A stretch of DNA of 64,000 bases from a virus. Positions 1-11,700 of this stretch are shown piece by piece. Under the pieces are notes generated by a model. That model was not told the origin of the DNA and ran no database searches. It was given only the letters and a program-made list of their open reading frames with translations. The number at the start of each line of letters is the position of its first letter. Within the stretch, counting starts at the first letter, position 1. Both the position numbers and the translations under genes were made by a program. The DNA lies in IMG/VR virus record IMGVR_UViG_3300044620_000527, positions 13,054-77,053 of that record. One strand, given 5' to 3'.

Positions 1-1
1 C

Positions 2-946
2 TATGCACATCTTGGTGGGTATTCTACAGTCACTGTAGATAAAGGACTAAAAATCCTAGTAAATGAAAACAAAGAAGAAAACACTAAAGAGAAAAATGTA
101 AACTTTGACATTTTTATATCTGGTAATTCCAATGTTAATATTTACATTGAAAAAGGAAATATGAATGTTTCTGTTGCTGAGGGGGATGCAAATATAAGAT
201 TAAATAAAGGTGATGTGAATATCCTCCAAGATGAAGGAAATTATAATCATACAGTTGGTGGTGATTATAATTTAGAAGTAAAAGGACATATGCACGTGGT
301 AGTTGGTGGGGATGTTGTGAACGAAATAGGAGGAAATAGAGATGAAAGAATTGATGGAGATTTTGATCAAAAATATCTCACAAACAGTTCGGGTTATTTG
401 GGTGAATATTTGTTGGGCAATAAGAGAACTTATATCGGCGGAAATCAAATAACCGAAGTTGTTGGTAACATTAATGAAAAAGGACAACACAAAAAACAAG
501 AACTCCAATCTCAAGAAAAAACCATATATGGATCTTTTGTGACAAAAACCGGAGGAAATTGGTGGTTGGCTTCTACTGCTGGTATACAGATAGAAGGATT
601 GCAAACTATAACGATTAAATCTAAATTGGATATGGATATATTTGGGGCAGAATATAATGGGAAAATGCGGATATATTCCGGGAATACTTTAGAATTAATT
701 GGAGAAAAGTTTACAGTATTGCGTTCTGCTACCGATAAAATTGAACTAAAAAGTTCAAAAAATGTTACACTCAAAACCCCATTGCTTTATAAACCCGACG
801 ATAAAAAAGCACCACCATTCAGTCCAGATCCTAAACCACTGAATTTAGACAATCCAAGTGAATATCAAACATCAAAACCGTCAAATACTAAAGATTTTAT
901 GCAAAACAATAAGAAGGAATGGGTGCCAACTAGCGCCAAAAAATAA
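2..946 (+). CDS. gp5: Baseplate hub / cell-puncturing protein gp5, C-terminal beta-helix region (5' truncated by window)
   Basis: The frame of ORF 161..946 is open back to position 2 (YAHLGGYSTVTVDKGLKIL...). It has VxGx(D/N) octapeptide-like repeats (VGGDYNLEVKGHMHVVVGGDVVNEIGGN) and lies upstream of gp25/gp6. Confidence 0.8.
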   Translation, partial: YAHLGGYSTVTVDKGLKILVNENKEENTKEKNVNFDIFISGNSNVNIYIEKGNMNVSVAEGDANIRLNKGDVNILQDEGNYNHTVGGDYNLEVKGHMHVVVGGDVVNEIGGNRDERIDGDFDQKYLTNSSGYLGEYLLGNKRTYIGGNQITEVVGNINEKGQHKKQELQSQEKTIYGSFVTKTGGNWWLASTAGIQIEGLQTITIKSKLDMDIFGAEYNGKMRIYSGNTLELIGEKFTVLRSATDKIELKSSKNVTLKTPLLYKPDDKKAPPFSPDPKPLNLDNPSEYQTSKPSNTKDFMQNNKKEWVPTSAKK

Positions 947-952
947 TAAATA
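945..952 (+). promoter_or_regulatory. Putative T4-type late promoter (AATAAATA)
   Basis: One mismatch to TATAAATA, 27 nt upstream of ORF 980. Confidence 0.45.
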
Positions 953-979
953 ATGATACGCACTTAACGGGGAAGAATT

Positions 980-1615
980 ATGTTTTTACTATTTAAATCA
1001 ATAACTCCTGATATGTGGTATACGGCTGGATTTGCGCTGGTATCATTTATTGTTGGAATAAGTTTTTCGTTATTGAACGTTTTTCAAAAAAGAAAAACAC
1101 ATAAATTATTTACCAATTCGGAAAAAGATTTTACAAAAATACACACTCAAGTAAATGAAGTTTTGACAGAACTTAGATTGCAATTAGATTGTGCAAGAGT
1201 TTATATTTCACAATTTCATAATGGTGGAGATTTTTTTAGTGGAGAGAGTATTTTAAAGTTTTCAATAACGCATGAATCATGTTCCCTAGGTGTCGCACAA
1301 ACTATAGATCAACAGCAAGGTGTTTTGCTTACAAGATTTGTAGAAAAATTAAAAATTCTACAAGAAGATGAACCAAGAATAATATTTACAAACACTTTGA
1401 TTGATAGTCACTTTAAAGGATTTATGGAATCAAGAAACACTATTGCTTTTATTCTTGTTCCAATGAAAAAACACAACACAATTTCTCCTTTCGGTTATAT
1501 TTGTTGTGAATGGTGCTCTTGGAACCACGCAGAAAGCATAAATCCAAATAAAACAATAGATCATTTGGAAAAAGATGTACGAATACTTAACACCCTATTA
1601 ATAAAACATGGCTAA
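980..1615 (+). CDS. Single-TM membrane protein with GAF-like C-terminal domain; candidate T4 gpT-type holin
   Basis: Hydrophobic segment WYTAGFALVSFIVGISFSLLNVF followed by KRK. GAF-like pattern: VLTELRLQLDCARVYISQFHNG...AFILVPM...PFGYICCEW. At 211 aa it is similar in size to T4 holin T. Confidence 0.5.
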   Translation: MFLLFKSITPDMWYTAGFALVSFIVGISFSLLNVFQKRKTHKLFTNSEKDFTKIHTQVNEVLTELRLQLDCARVYISQFHNGGDFFSGESILKFSITHESCSLGVAQTIDQQQGVLLTRFVEKLKILQEDEPRIIFTNTLIDSHFKGFMESRNTIAFILVPMKKHNTISPFGYICCEWCSWNHAESINPNKTIDHLEKDVRILNTLLIKHG

Positions 1616-2009
1616 AACCAATTTAAATATAACCGACATAAGTAACGATTTTACCAGTAATCCTGTTACCGGCGACATATCAATTAAAAAGAATATCGAT
1701 GCTATAAAGCAATCTCTTAAAAATTTGATGCTAATGAAAAGATTTGATAAACCCTTTGATCCTAAAATTGATGTAGGATTAAATGAGGTTTTATTTGAAA
1801 ATTTCCCAGATCCAATTTTAAAAGACATTATTTCTAAAAAAATTGAATATATAATTTCAGTATATGAACCCAGAATCAAGTTGCAAAAAGTAGAAGTTGA
1901 AAGTTTATATGAAAAAAATTTACTGCAAATTGATATAACGTTTTCTTTAAGAAACCAAGCATCAGAAGAATTGCAAAACTTGCAAATAAATCTTGAGAGG
2001 ATCAGATGA
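1608..2009 (+). CDS. gp25: Baseplate wedge subunit gp25
   Basis: NPVTGDI...AIKQSLKNL...KPFDP...YEPRI motifs; immediately upstream of gp6. Confidence 0.92.
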   Translation: MAKTNLNITDISNDFTSNPVTGDISIKKNIDAIKQSLKNLMLMKRFDKPFDPKIDVGLNEVLFENFPDPILKDIISKKIEYIISVYEPRIKLQKVEVESLYEKNLLQIDITFSLRNQASEELQNLQINLERIR

Positions 2010-3898
2010 AACCAGATTTTTCAAAATTAGACTATAGCGACATTAAACAGAATTTAATAACTTTTCTAAAGTCGCAAGATAAATTTAATTCCTATAATTT
2101 TGAGGGATCTACATTAAACATTCTTTTAGACATACTGGCATATAACACACATTACCAATCATTATACAATAACATAACATTTAATGAAGCTTTTTTGGAC
2201 ACGGCTCAAAAAAGATCATCCGTAGTTTCAATTGCTAAAAATTTAGGATATACTCCCGAATCTTCACGATCAGCAACATGTGCGGTAGAAGTTTTAATTG
2301 ATGCAAATTCTAATGGTGGATTGTCTTCTTATACAATACCAAAAAATACAGCATTTAAAGTTAACAAAGATAATAGTGTTTATTATTTTTACAACTTAAA
2401 TGATGCGGTTTATACTCCCAATACTTACAATGAAACCACTGGTTTAGTGGAAACTTATACAACAGGTAGTATAGTTTTAAAAGAAGGTACGTTTAAAACC
2501 GTAAATTTTGTGATAAATGGTTCCAATCCAACACAAAAAATAACTTTAAGAAGTACTAATATCGACACAAATACAATTTCCGTAAGAGTACAAAATTCTA
2601 CAAGTGATTCTTCAGGCATAAATGATGTTTGGGAAGAAGCAAAAAATATGGTAATGGTTGACGGTTCTTCTAAAGTATATTTTCTAGAAGAGGGACCAGA
2701 TGAGAACTATAGAATATATTTTGGAGATGGTATAATAGGACAATCTTTAAATGAAGGTAATTTAGTAATAATTACATTTTTAGAAACTAATGGGGAAGAA
2801 GCAAACGAAATAGGAGTAAATGATGAAGAAGGTGCAAGAGTATTTACTTCTCCATCTCTACCAAATACAACAGTTATAGTGAGAACTCCATCATATGGTG
2901 GTTCAAGTCGTGAAACCACTCAATCTATTAAATACAAAGCACCAAAGGCATTTAGTACTCAAGAGCGTGCCGTAACTGCTGACGATTATTCTATAGTCTT
3001 GCAAAATGATTTTTCTTTTATCAAATCTATAAAATGTTGGGGAGGAGAAGATAATACACCACCCGCTTATGGAAAGATCTTTATATCAATAAAACCAGAA
3101 AACAGAGCAGCACTTTCAAACACAGAAAAAAATGCTATATTGCGTTCTCTGACAAAAAATAGAGCAGTTGTAGGAATAATACCAGAATTAGTAGATCCCA
3201 ATTTGATTTATTTAATAATCAATTGTGATGCTAAAGTCGATATCATTAAAACAAATGGCTCAATTGAAAGTCTTAAGACTAAAATAATCAGTGCAATAAA
3301 TGAATACATTCAAACAAATTTGGATGTTTTTGATGCAGATTTGATAGTAAATGAATTGGAAAATACTATTAAAAATACTGACACTTCTTTGTTAAGTGTT
3401 ACTGTCACTCCCCAACTAGAATACAGATTAACTCCTGTTTATGGAACGGCTGTAGATTACACTATTAATTTCCAAAATGAAATAGTCAAAAGTGATAGTA
3501 TTGATAAACCAAATATAAAGTCTTCAAGATTCAACTATTACGATTATCAAAATAACATAAGACTTTGCAGAATATATGATAATGGTTCTGGTAAATTATA
3601 TCTTGCTTTTGAAAATGGTAATAAAGAATATAGCATTGGGAAATTTTCAAACATAGATTTAACCGAAAATGCACCAGAATATATTGGTAGTATAGATTAT
3701 GAAACTGGTATTTTATCTCTTACAAAATTTAAACCACAAATTAATGAAGAAAATAACCCATTTATAAAGTTTTTTGCTAACGTAGTAGATTCTGATGTGT
3801 TTGTAAATCCTGATACAATTTTAACAATAGATAGTGATGATCCTAATTCTGTTGTTATCAACTTGACAGAAACTGCTTATAGAAAACCAATTAAATGA
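2006..3898 (+). CDS. gp6: Baseplate wedge subunit gp6
   Basis: LDYSDIKQNL...YNFEGS.LNILLDILAYNTHY...NEAFLDTA, YFGDG.IG, QERAVTADDY, WGGED..PP.YGK motifs. Confidence 0.95.
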   Translation: MKPDFSKLDYSDIKQNLITFLKSQDKFNSYNFEGSTLNILLDILAYNTHYQSLYNNITFNEAFLDTAQKRSSVVSIAKNLGYTPESSRSATCAVEVLIDANSNGGLSSYTIPKNTAFKVNKDNSVYYFYNLNDAVYTPNTYNETTGLVETYTTGSIVLKEGTFKTVNFVINGSNPTQKITLRSTNIDTNTISVRVQNSTSDSSGINDVWEEAKNMVMVDGSSKVYFLEEGPDENYRIYFGDGIIGQSLNEGNLVIITFLETNGEEANEIGVNDEEGARVFTSPSLPNTTVIVRTPSYGGSSRETTQSIKYKAPKAFSTQERAVTADDYSIVLQNDFSFIKSIKCWGGEDNTPPAYGKIFISIKPENRAALSNTEKNAILRSLTKNRAVVGIIPELVDPNLIYLIINCDAKVDIIKTNGSIESLKTKIISAINEYIQTNLDVFDADLIVNELENTIKNTDTSLLSVTVTPQLEYRLTPVYGTAVDYTINFQNEIVKSDSIDKPNIKSSRFNYYDYQNNIRLCRIYDNGSGKLYLAFENGNKEYSIGKFSNIDLTENAPEYIGSIDYETGILSLTKFKPQINEENNPFIKFFANVVDSDVFVNPDTILTIDSDDPNSVVINLTETAYRKPIK

Positions 3899-5754
3899 TC
3901 GAATTAAAGATTAAAACTCCGGTCGCAAATGATATAGTTTTTTCGGATTTAGTAACTATAAATTACGAAGTGCGAGATACTGATGGTTTGTTTTCAACTG
4001 TAGTTTTTGAAATCGGCAATTCGGTTTATGAAAAAACTAATAGAGTAGATTTATTTAATGTAACTTTGACTGAAGGTAATCACGTTTTAACTTGCTATAT
4101 TAGAAACAAATATGGCAAAGAATTACCAAATACTAGAAAAACAATATATTTTTCAACAAAACCTATTACGTTAGAATTAAAAAATCAATTATCTTCTGTA
4201 GTAAGTGCTACTATACCTGATTTCTTGCAATATGAATATGGTGTATTTGTAGAATTTGTTAAAGAATATTATAGATGGATGGAATTAAGTAAAAATGTAA
4301 ATTACATTCCACACTCTATTGAACAATTCTTGGATGTAGATACTGTTCCACCAGAGTTAATTGATAAATTTTATGAAACATATCTTGCAGTTTTTCCTAA
4401 AAAATTTGCAACAGACAAGGAAACTGGAAACAAAGTTGATATTACAAAAATTATAAAAAGAATTAGAGATTTTTATAAAAGAAAAGGAACCGAAGATTCT
4501 TTTAGATTTTTGTTTAGATTGATGTTTGATGCGGAAATAACTCTTTCATATCCTAGAGAAAAAATTATAACAGCATCACAAGGGAAATGGGTAGTACCAA
4601 CATTTATAAGAATACAAAATTTAACAGAAGATAACTGTGGATTTTTAATTGGTAAAGAGATTTATGGTCTTGATGCAAATGGTAATAAGTCTTTCTTTGC
4701 AGTAGTAGAAGATGTTTCATTTTTCTTTGGTACTGGAAGAAACGTAACAACTGCTCATTTAAGTGACGTATATGGTCAATTGACAGATTCTTCAGTATTC
4801 TATGACGAAGTTGTTGAAGGAATAACACAACAAGTAGAATTAAAATTGTTTTCTATGATAGTTGGAACAGAATTAAATACATGCGAAAATGCACTAGGTT
4901 ATGGAAAATACGATTTCAAATATGGAGATAAACTGATACTAAGTGGTTATGGTAGTACTACAAAATATACATGCAGTGGATGTGTTCAAAATGTAGAGTA
5001 TCCAGAAATTGTCATTAAAGCACTCGGTAGTGGATTTAGAGGAATTGTGGAAAGTGTTAGCGAATTGGGTGAAATATTAAAAGTTAAAATATTAGATCCG
5101 GGATACGATTACACAGAAACCAATATAAGTTACTACACAACACAATTAAATAATCCACACCCAGAAAACGAAAATAACCCAGGTCCTCAATTATCATATG
5201 ATTGTAGGATATCATACCAAACTGGCTATTTGTTTAAAGATGAAGGTCGTTATTCTACAAAAAAATCACTATTATCTGAAATTGCAATACTTCCCGACAA
5301 TTTTTACTATCAACAAAATTCTTATGAAATAGGATCTTCAATAACTCCTCTTTCATATTCAGAAATATTAAAACAAACAGTACACCCTGCCGGATATAAA
5401 CCATTTTATCGATATGATGTTTTAGATTTACTGCAAGAAAGTCGAGATCTGTTCGCTGCTACATCTACTCCAAGTATTAGACCAATAAAACCAAAACCAG
5501 ATCCATTTTCTGGAAGAGTTGTAAACGCAGAAATAATTCGAGAAAGTGATAGAATATTTACTAGTGCCGATAGGATTGGCGAATCTGAACCTGTTTTGAG
5601 ATTTTTACAAGAAGTAATTATACCAACCGAACCAACGACGGATGATAATCCCACAGATTACAGCCCAGAAACAGGACCATCTACCGATTCCATTATAGAT
5701 ATAATACCAGAATACGCTCCATATAGAGCAGAGCCTTTACTTTACGACTTATAA
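3895..5754 (+). CDS. gp7: Baseplate wedge initiator gp7-like (short form) with N-terminal Ig-like extension
   Basis: IPDFL..EY..FVEFVKEYY, FYKRKGTEDSFRFLFR, DNFYYQQNSYEI and VHPAG motifs; follows gp6. Confidence 0.8.
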   Translation: MIELKIKTPVANDIVFSDLVTINYEVRDTDGLFSTVVFEIGNSVYEKTNRVDLFNVTLTEGNHVLTCYIRNKYGKELPNTRKTIYFSTKPITLELKNQLSSVVSATIPDFLQYEYGVFVEFVKEYYRWMELSKNVNYIPHSIEQFLDVDTVPPELIDKFYETYLAVFPKKFATDKETGNKVDITKIIKRIRDFYKRKGTEDSFRFLFRLMFDAEITLSYPREKIITASQGKWVVPTFIRIQNLTEDNCGFLIGKEIYGLDANGNKSFFAVVEDVSFFFGTGRNVTTAHLSDVYGQLTDSSVFYDEVVEGITQQVELKLFSMIVGTELNTCENALGYGKYDFKYGDKLILSGYGSTTKYTCSGCVQNVEYPEIVIKALGSGFRGIVESVSELGEILKVKILDPGYDYTETNISYYTTQLNNPHPENENNPGPQLSYDCRISYQTGYLFKDEGRYSTKKSLLSEIAILPDNFYYQQNSYEIGSSITPLSYSEILKQTVHPAGYKPFYRYDVLDLLQESRDLFAATSTPSIRPIKPKPDPFSGRVVNAEIIRESDRIFTSADRIGESEPVLRFLQEVIIPTEPTTDDNPTDYSPETGPSTDSIIDIIPEYAPYRAEPLLYDL

Positions 5755-5756
5755 TT

Positions 5757-8700
5757 ATGCCAAATATTAATTCTAATATTCAAAAACAATCTGTTCAGGG
5801 TTTCTTGGGTTCATTTTTAAATAACCCAAATAATATTTTTAATCAAGCATTGGGTTCTTTGCCAGATGCACCACCAACACCAACGGATGAAGTGCAACAA
5901 GAAACCGATAACACAGTAAATCCTGATCCAGTTTTGTTTATTATTACTGGTGAATCTAATGCTGGTGGATTTGCTTACAATGGTAGTGCATTGGCATCAG
6001 AATTAAATCAAAGAAATAATGTTCAAATATTAAACAACAATAATTTGACTTTTGAATCTTTGAGATTTGGATTTAATGGTAATAACTTCTTAGGTCATCT
6101 TCCACAACCACCATACGCAGATGTAACTGATGCTTCATATTGGAACGCATATCCGTGGGGCACAACAGCAGTTGGTGGATATCCACATGGCTTTGAATTG
6201 GGATTTGCTAATGAAGTTGATAGTGGATATTTTGGAAATAGTGAAGTTTATTTGTGCAAAGTTGCAATGGGTGGTTCTACTGTTTTTGATTGGGATACCG
6301 ACAGTAATACTACAACTGGTTATTGGGAAAAATTTGTTGAAAGAGTAGATGCAGCAAAAGCACAAGTTGGTGCATCTGCAAATATTTTTATATGTTTAAC
6401 GATTGGTATTAATGACGCATATGCGTTTGACAGAGCACATGCTCCCGGAAATTTGTACGAAAATGGTAAAATTAAACAATGGGTAGATACTGGTATTTGG
6501 GAAGATCCATTTACTGAAGAAGATATTGAGAGTTGGAAAACTCAAATGCGTGCTCATTTCACAAACATGAGAAATGCAGTTGGTTTTAATGCTCCAATTC
6601 TTATTACTTATTTAATGGATAGAGTTCCAATTTTCCAAAAATTTAATGTGGCAATTGGTGAACTTGCAAATGAGGATAATCTTTTATATTGGGTAAAAAC
6701 TTCAGATGCTTCATTAAATGCAGATTCTATCTGGAATAATACTGTAAACTTTAGAAATAAAGACTTTGTGCATTGGGATTATTCTGGAATGAAATTAATT
6801 GCTTCCAGATTCACATATCTTGCAACAGAAGTATTTGGATTAAACGATCAATATGATCAAAGTTTAATAAATCCACCAGCACAAGATGAAGCAGATTTAT
6901 CGACAAACATAGATGCCGCAGACTATGAAGTATTTGCCGCCGCATGGATACGTGAGGTTGATGAAAATGCAACTTCTGTTGTTCCTATGATTTGGGTCGA
7001 TAATATGGGTGGATGGGTTGGTACTACGACCACTGATAATGAGGCTTGGACCAATGAATATGTTAGTGCTATAAATTATACAAATTTTAAAAATAAGTTA
7101 TTAGAAGTTCCACAAGGTAGAAGAGTATTACAAACAACTTTTTGGTCAGCAGCACCAGTAAATGTAAATTGGAGTCCTTTAACTTATATTGATTACTATG
7201 CAGATCTTGAAGGAATAAGCGTAAACAATACAAATTTAAAGTATCCAGATTTTACACAATCACAAAAACTACCATTTTCAGCATGGCACGAAAACATAAT
7301 AGCAGATGCTAAAACTAGTGTAAATCAATTCTTTGCTCGTTGTGCTGCGGATGGATTGTCTTTTGATTACATTACTGACAACTCAATATACACAGATGGA
7401 GCAAATCCAAATATTTGGACAATAAGCCAACAACAAGCTATAGGAACTTGTGGTGGTAATGCAACTTATAACATTTACGTTTCTGTAAATGATGGAAACG
7501 ATTCTTGGAGTGGCGAAAACCCAAGTGTTGGTGGACTAACAGGACCAGTTAAAACACTACAAAAAGCAGCCGATTTAGCAAAAAATTATACCGGTCCATT
7601 AAATATTGAAATTCGTATAAGAGGTGGTACTTATAAAATTTTAGGTACATCTTCTAATCCAGTTTTCTATTTAAACGAATCTTATAGTGGAACAAACGGA
7701 AGAACAATAACTTATAAACCATATAAAAATGAAGAAGTTATAATTTCTGGTGACGAAGAAATTGCTTGGACGGAATTTACTGCGTTAAATTCTTCAGATC
7801 CACTGTGGAGTCGTCTGGCCCATAATCCAACTGCTCAGGCGAATGTATATGTTGCTGACGTTACTGATTATGATTTGGGTCAATATCCTCCAGCATGGCG
7901 AGGAATGCCACAAGCAACAAGTGGTTATAAAACGGGATTGACTGGTGTGCCTGGTGGACAAGCAGCCGAAATGTGGTCGGGACAACCAGCAGTTCCAGAT
8001 TTAATATACAACGATACAGCAATGACTGTATCTCGTTGGCCAAAGAAAACATCTTTTTCTGGCTATTCTTTTGATGAATGTGCTCACATAGAAAATTTAA
8101 GTACTGCAATCATTGATACAGGCACCGAAGGTGTTTGTTGGAATGATCCCGTTGCCTGTGCATCAAAACGTCAAGGCAAATTTAAATATGAATGTTTTCA
8201 TGAAAATTATCATGATGTAATCTCTAGATGGGCAGTTAATTCTGGAACAGATGAACAACCATTTGATGACATTTATTTGTTTGGATTTTGGAGATTTGAA
8301 TGGGCAGAAGAAACATTCAAATTAGTAAATATTGATTTGGATGACAGAGAATTTACAGTAAGATCTCAAAATTCACATTATACAATAACTAATACTCATT
8401 ATTGTTATTCTGGTTCAGATTTGGGTCGCGGTTATGCAAATCCTACACCAAGAAGATGGTATGCGTTTAACGTTCCAACCGAAATAGGACCAGGTGAATA
8501 TTATATTGATAGAACTAACAAAAAGTTATATTTCTATCCTCCAACTGCTCTATCTTCCAGTAGTAAAATTAGTTTAACTCATAGAGCTTTAACTGGACCG
8601 GGTTCCATTTATTTCCAATCTCATGATGTAATTCAATCAGAACATCAACATTATGGTTCTGATCCAAATCATCCAAACAATACATTTAAATATCCGGGAT

Positions 8701-11700
8701 GGGTAAATTCTCCATTGGGTTGGGATAGTAATGGTGGTGGAACACAATCCAGAGATATAATGAATAATAAAGACGTAATTCACTCTTTATTTAAATTGTA
8801 TAAAGTAAAAAACGTCAACATTGTTGGATTAACTTTTAAAAACTGTGCTGGAAGTGCCATTGATACTCAATTGTGTGAAAATATTAATATAAAACAATGC
8901 AAAATATACAACATGAAATTGGATGGAATTTGTTCTCAAGGTGGTATTAATGTTGTTATAGATTCGTGTGATGTCCATGATGTTATGATGAATGGTATAG
9001 TAAATACTGGTGGTAATCCACAAACTCTAGAACCCGCAAACAATGTTGTTACCAAATGCAGAATCCAAAGATATGGAATTTCTGCACCATCTGCATGTGC
9101 AGGTGTGATTATAAACGGTGTAGGTAATACAGCATCAAAGAATTTATTTAAAGATGGTGCAAGAGCAGTACAACTTCAAGGCTCAAAGAATATAGTTGAA
9201 TACAATCATTTTTATGAATTATTAAAAGATCAAGAAGATTATGGTGTTGTTTATGGTGGAGGAGATGTTCTTACTTTTGGTAGTAAGATCCGTTACAATT
9301 TCTTTAATACCTGTGGCAGTAGATTGCCGGGTGGAAGAGAATGGTACAATAAATATGATACGACAGACCCGTTTCCATATGGTTGCCGCGATCAACAACA
9401 TCAATTATCTGTTGGTGTTTATTCTGATGCCTATCAATCTGGTTGGGAAATATTTGGTAATGTATTTTATAATCACGGTTTACCTTCTTCTTTAGCACCA
9501 GATGGCCCAGTTGTACAGGGTTGGTGTGTGAATATAGGAGGTGGTCCAAGAAATTCAATTGAAAACAATATTTTTATCAATTCCACTGGTTCTCAAACTA
9601 ATTCCGCGGCTGGCTCATTTATAGTTAATCCAGCATTAACTAATTTTAATTACCTATACAAAGATTTAGAGTGGACTTATTTAAATCCAAATAATATTGT
9701 ATATCAACCATTTGGTTATACCGATGGACCAGCAAGAGGATATAATTTTTGGAATTATTTAGCATCACACGGACTTAATAGATGGAATGATGGTGTTGGT
9801 TTTACTACAACTGTCGATATAACAAATGCAGCATATACGGAACAAGCACCTTGGATCGCCGGTGATGTTAAAATTGAAACTATCAACGGTGTAAGAACGT
9901 TTACTGGATTTAAAGATGTACAACAGTACGCTAATTTGAAAGCAACAGTAAAAAACAATGTATTAATTAATCACTATGGATTTATTAATGGTAAGTCTAT
10001 AATATTAAATATGACAAATTCAAACGGTGGAACATATCCAAATATGGATACAAATCCACCAACAGGTGGGTTTGATGTAACAAATACTGTAACTTTTGCC
10101 AATTTGGAAACATTTGCCGGATTTACTAATCCATCAACTAGTAATTTTAAATTAACATCAAATGGATTGACTAAGATTCGTGAACAAATACCGCAATTCA
10201 CAGATATTAATTTTGATCTGATTCCATCTTCGAGTTATGTTCCACAGGCTTATGTTGCACAAACCGAAAATTATGCTTGCAATTTGAGACACTATACTGG
10301 TACTGTGGATTTTGCAAATCCAAATATTTTAGAAAGTATAGTAACAGATCCTCGTTTTACAACTACAGTAAATCCAGTTAATGGAAAAACTTTAGAACAA
10401 GATTTTATGGATCGTTACGAATATTGTGTTACTAAAAATAACACAACAGATAGAACAATATATCCATATTATTCTACATCTTGGTATAATTCAGCAGAAC
10501 CAAATGCATATGATGCATTTGCTCCTATGTTTGGTTGGTTGTATTCTGCACAACCAGAATATGATATGGAAGTTCCACCGTGGGGCACTTCAAGTAATAA
10601 TGCTGCCACACGCGCATGGACCGCAGTATTGACCGACTGGGGTAATTTATATTACAGACTAGAACTATTTAAAGATCCATTAGTTGATAATGGTTTTACA
10701 AATGTTAAAATTTCTTTGGATGGACATTATCCTGTCAGTGAAACTGAAATGGAATTTATGGATATGGACAACTTGTGGATTGAAGCCCCAAGAGAAGATA
10801 GTGCAGATTCAATGATTGCACCACACATATATGCTGAGTTGGGTACTACTGCGTTTAATTTATATGGTTATAAGATCAATCCAGAAAATGATGATCAAAA
10901 ATATAAATTTGCAAAACTTCCACAAGGTGTTGCGGTAGAAGGATTCGAACGATATACATCTCCAGCATGGTTAGCATTTTTAATCGATATGAAACGTATT
11001 CGTGGAGTTATAAATTCCAGCGAAACCGCATGGCAAAGATTGACTCCGTGGTTAATTAGTAAAAAGTGGTGCGTCGCTGAGAGATTTAGATTCTGTGCAG
11101 CAAATGGTGGCGAATACGCAGATGCCTATTGGAAAGAAGCAGTATTTCATGCATGTTTACATGGTACTCTCTATTTTAACTATTTTAATTACGATAAATC
11201 AGATACTTTAGATTTACATGAAGTACTTGATGAGTGGAGAGAAAACTCAAATAACAGTAGAGTGCAGCCAGTAGTAAAAACAAAAATTCCAGTAAATACT
11301 AGTGTATTTGTTTCTGGTGGTAAATTATTAAATTCAAACAGATACTTGTGGAGATTAACTGCCAAACCTTCAACATCAGTTACTTTGAGAGCATTTGGTA
11401 GTAGTACAACTAGAAGTGATATACCACAAACAATAACACTAGATGCAAATAGCAGAGGAGCTTGGTTATTAACTGCCAGTTCTGTGCCTCCAATTTATAT
11501 TTTAGATGAAGGTGGACAACAAGAAACAGTAGATTTAGAATATGTTACAATGATAGATACAAATTTTACCACATTCCTACACAAGAATAAAGCAATGGGT
11601 GGAGGAGCAAACCATGACTATGGTAGTGGTATTGGATTAGATGCTCAAGGCAAATCTATTTCTCCTATAAATTATTTGTACGAAAGTGGTCAAACAGTAT

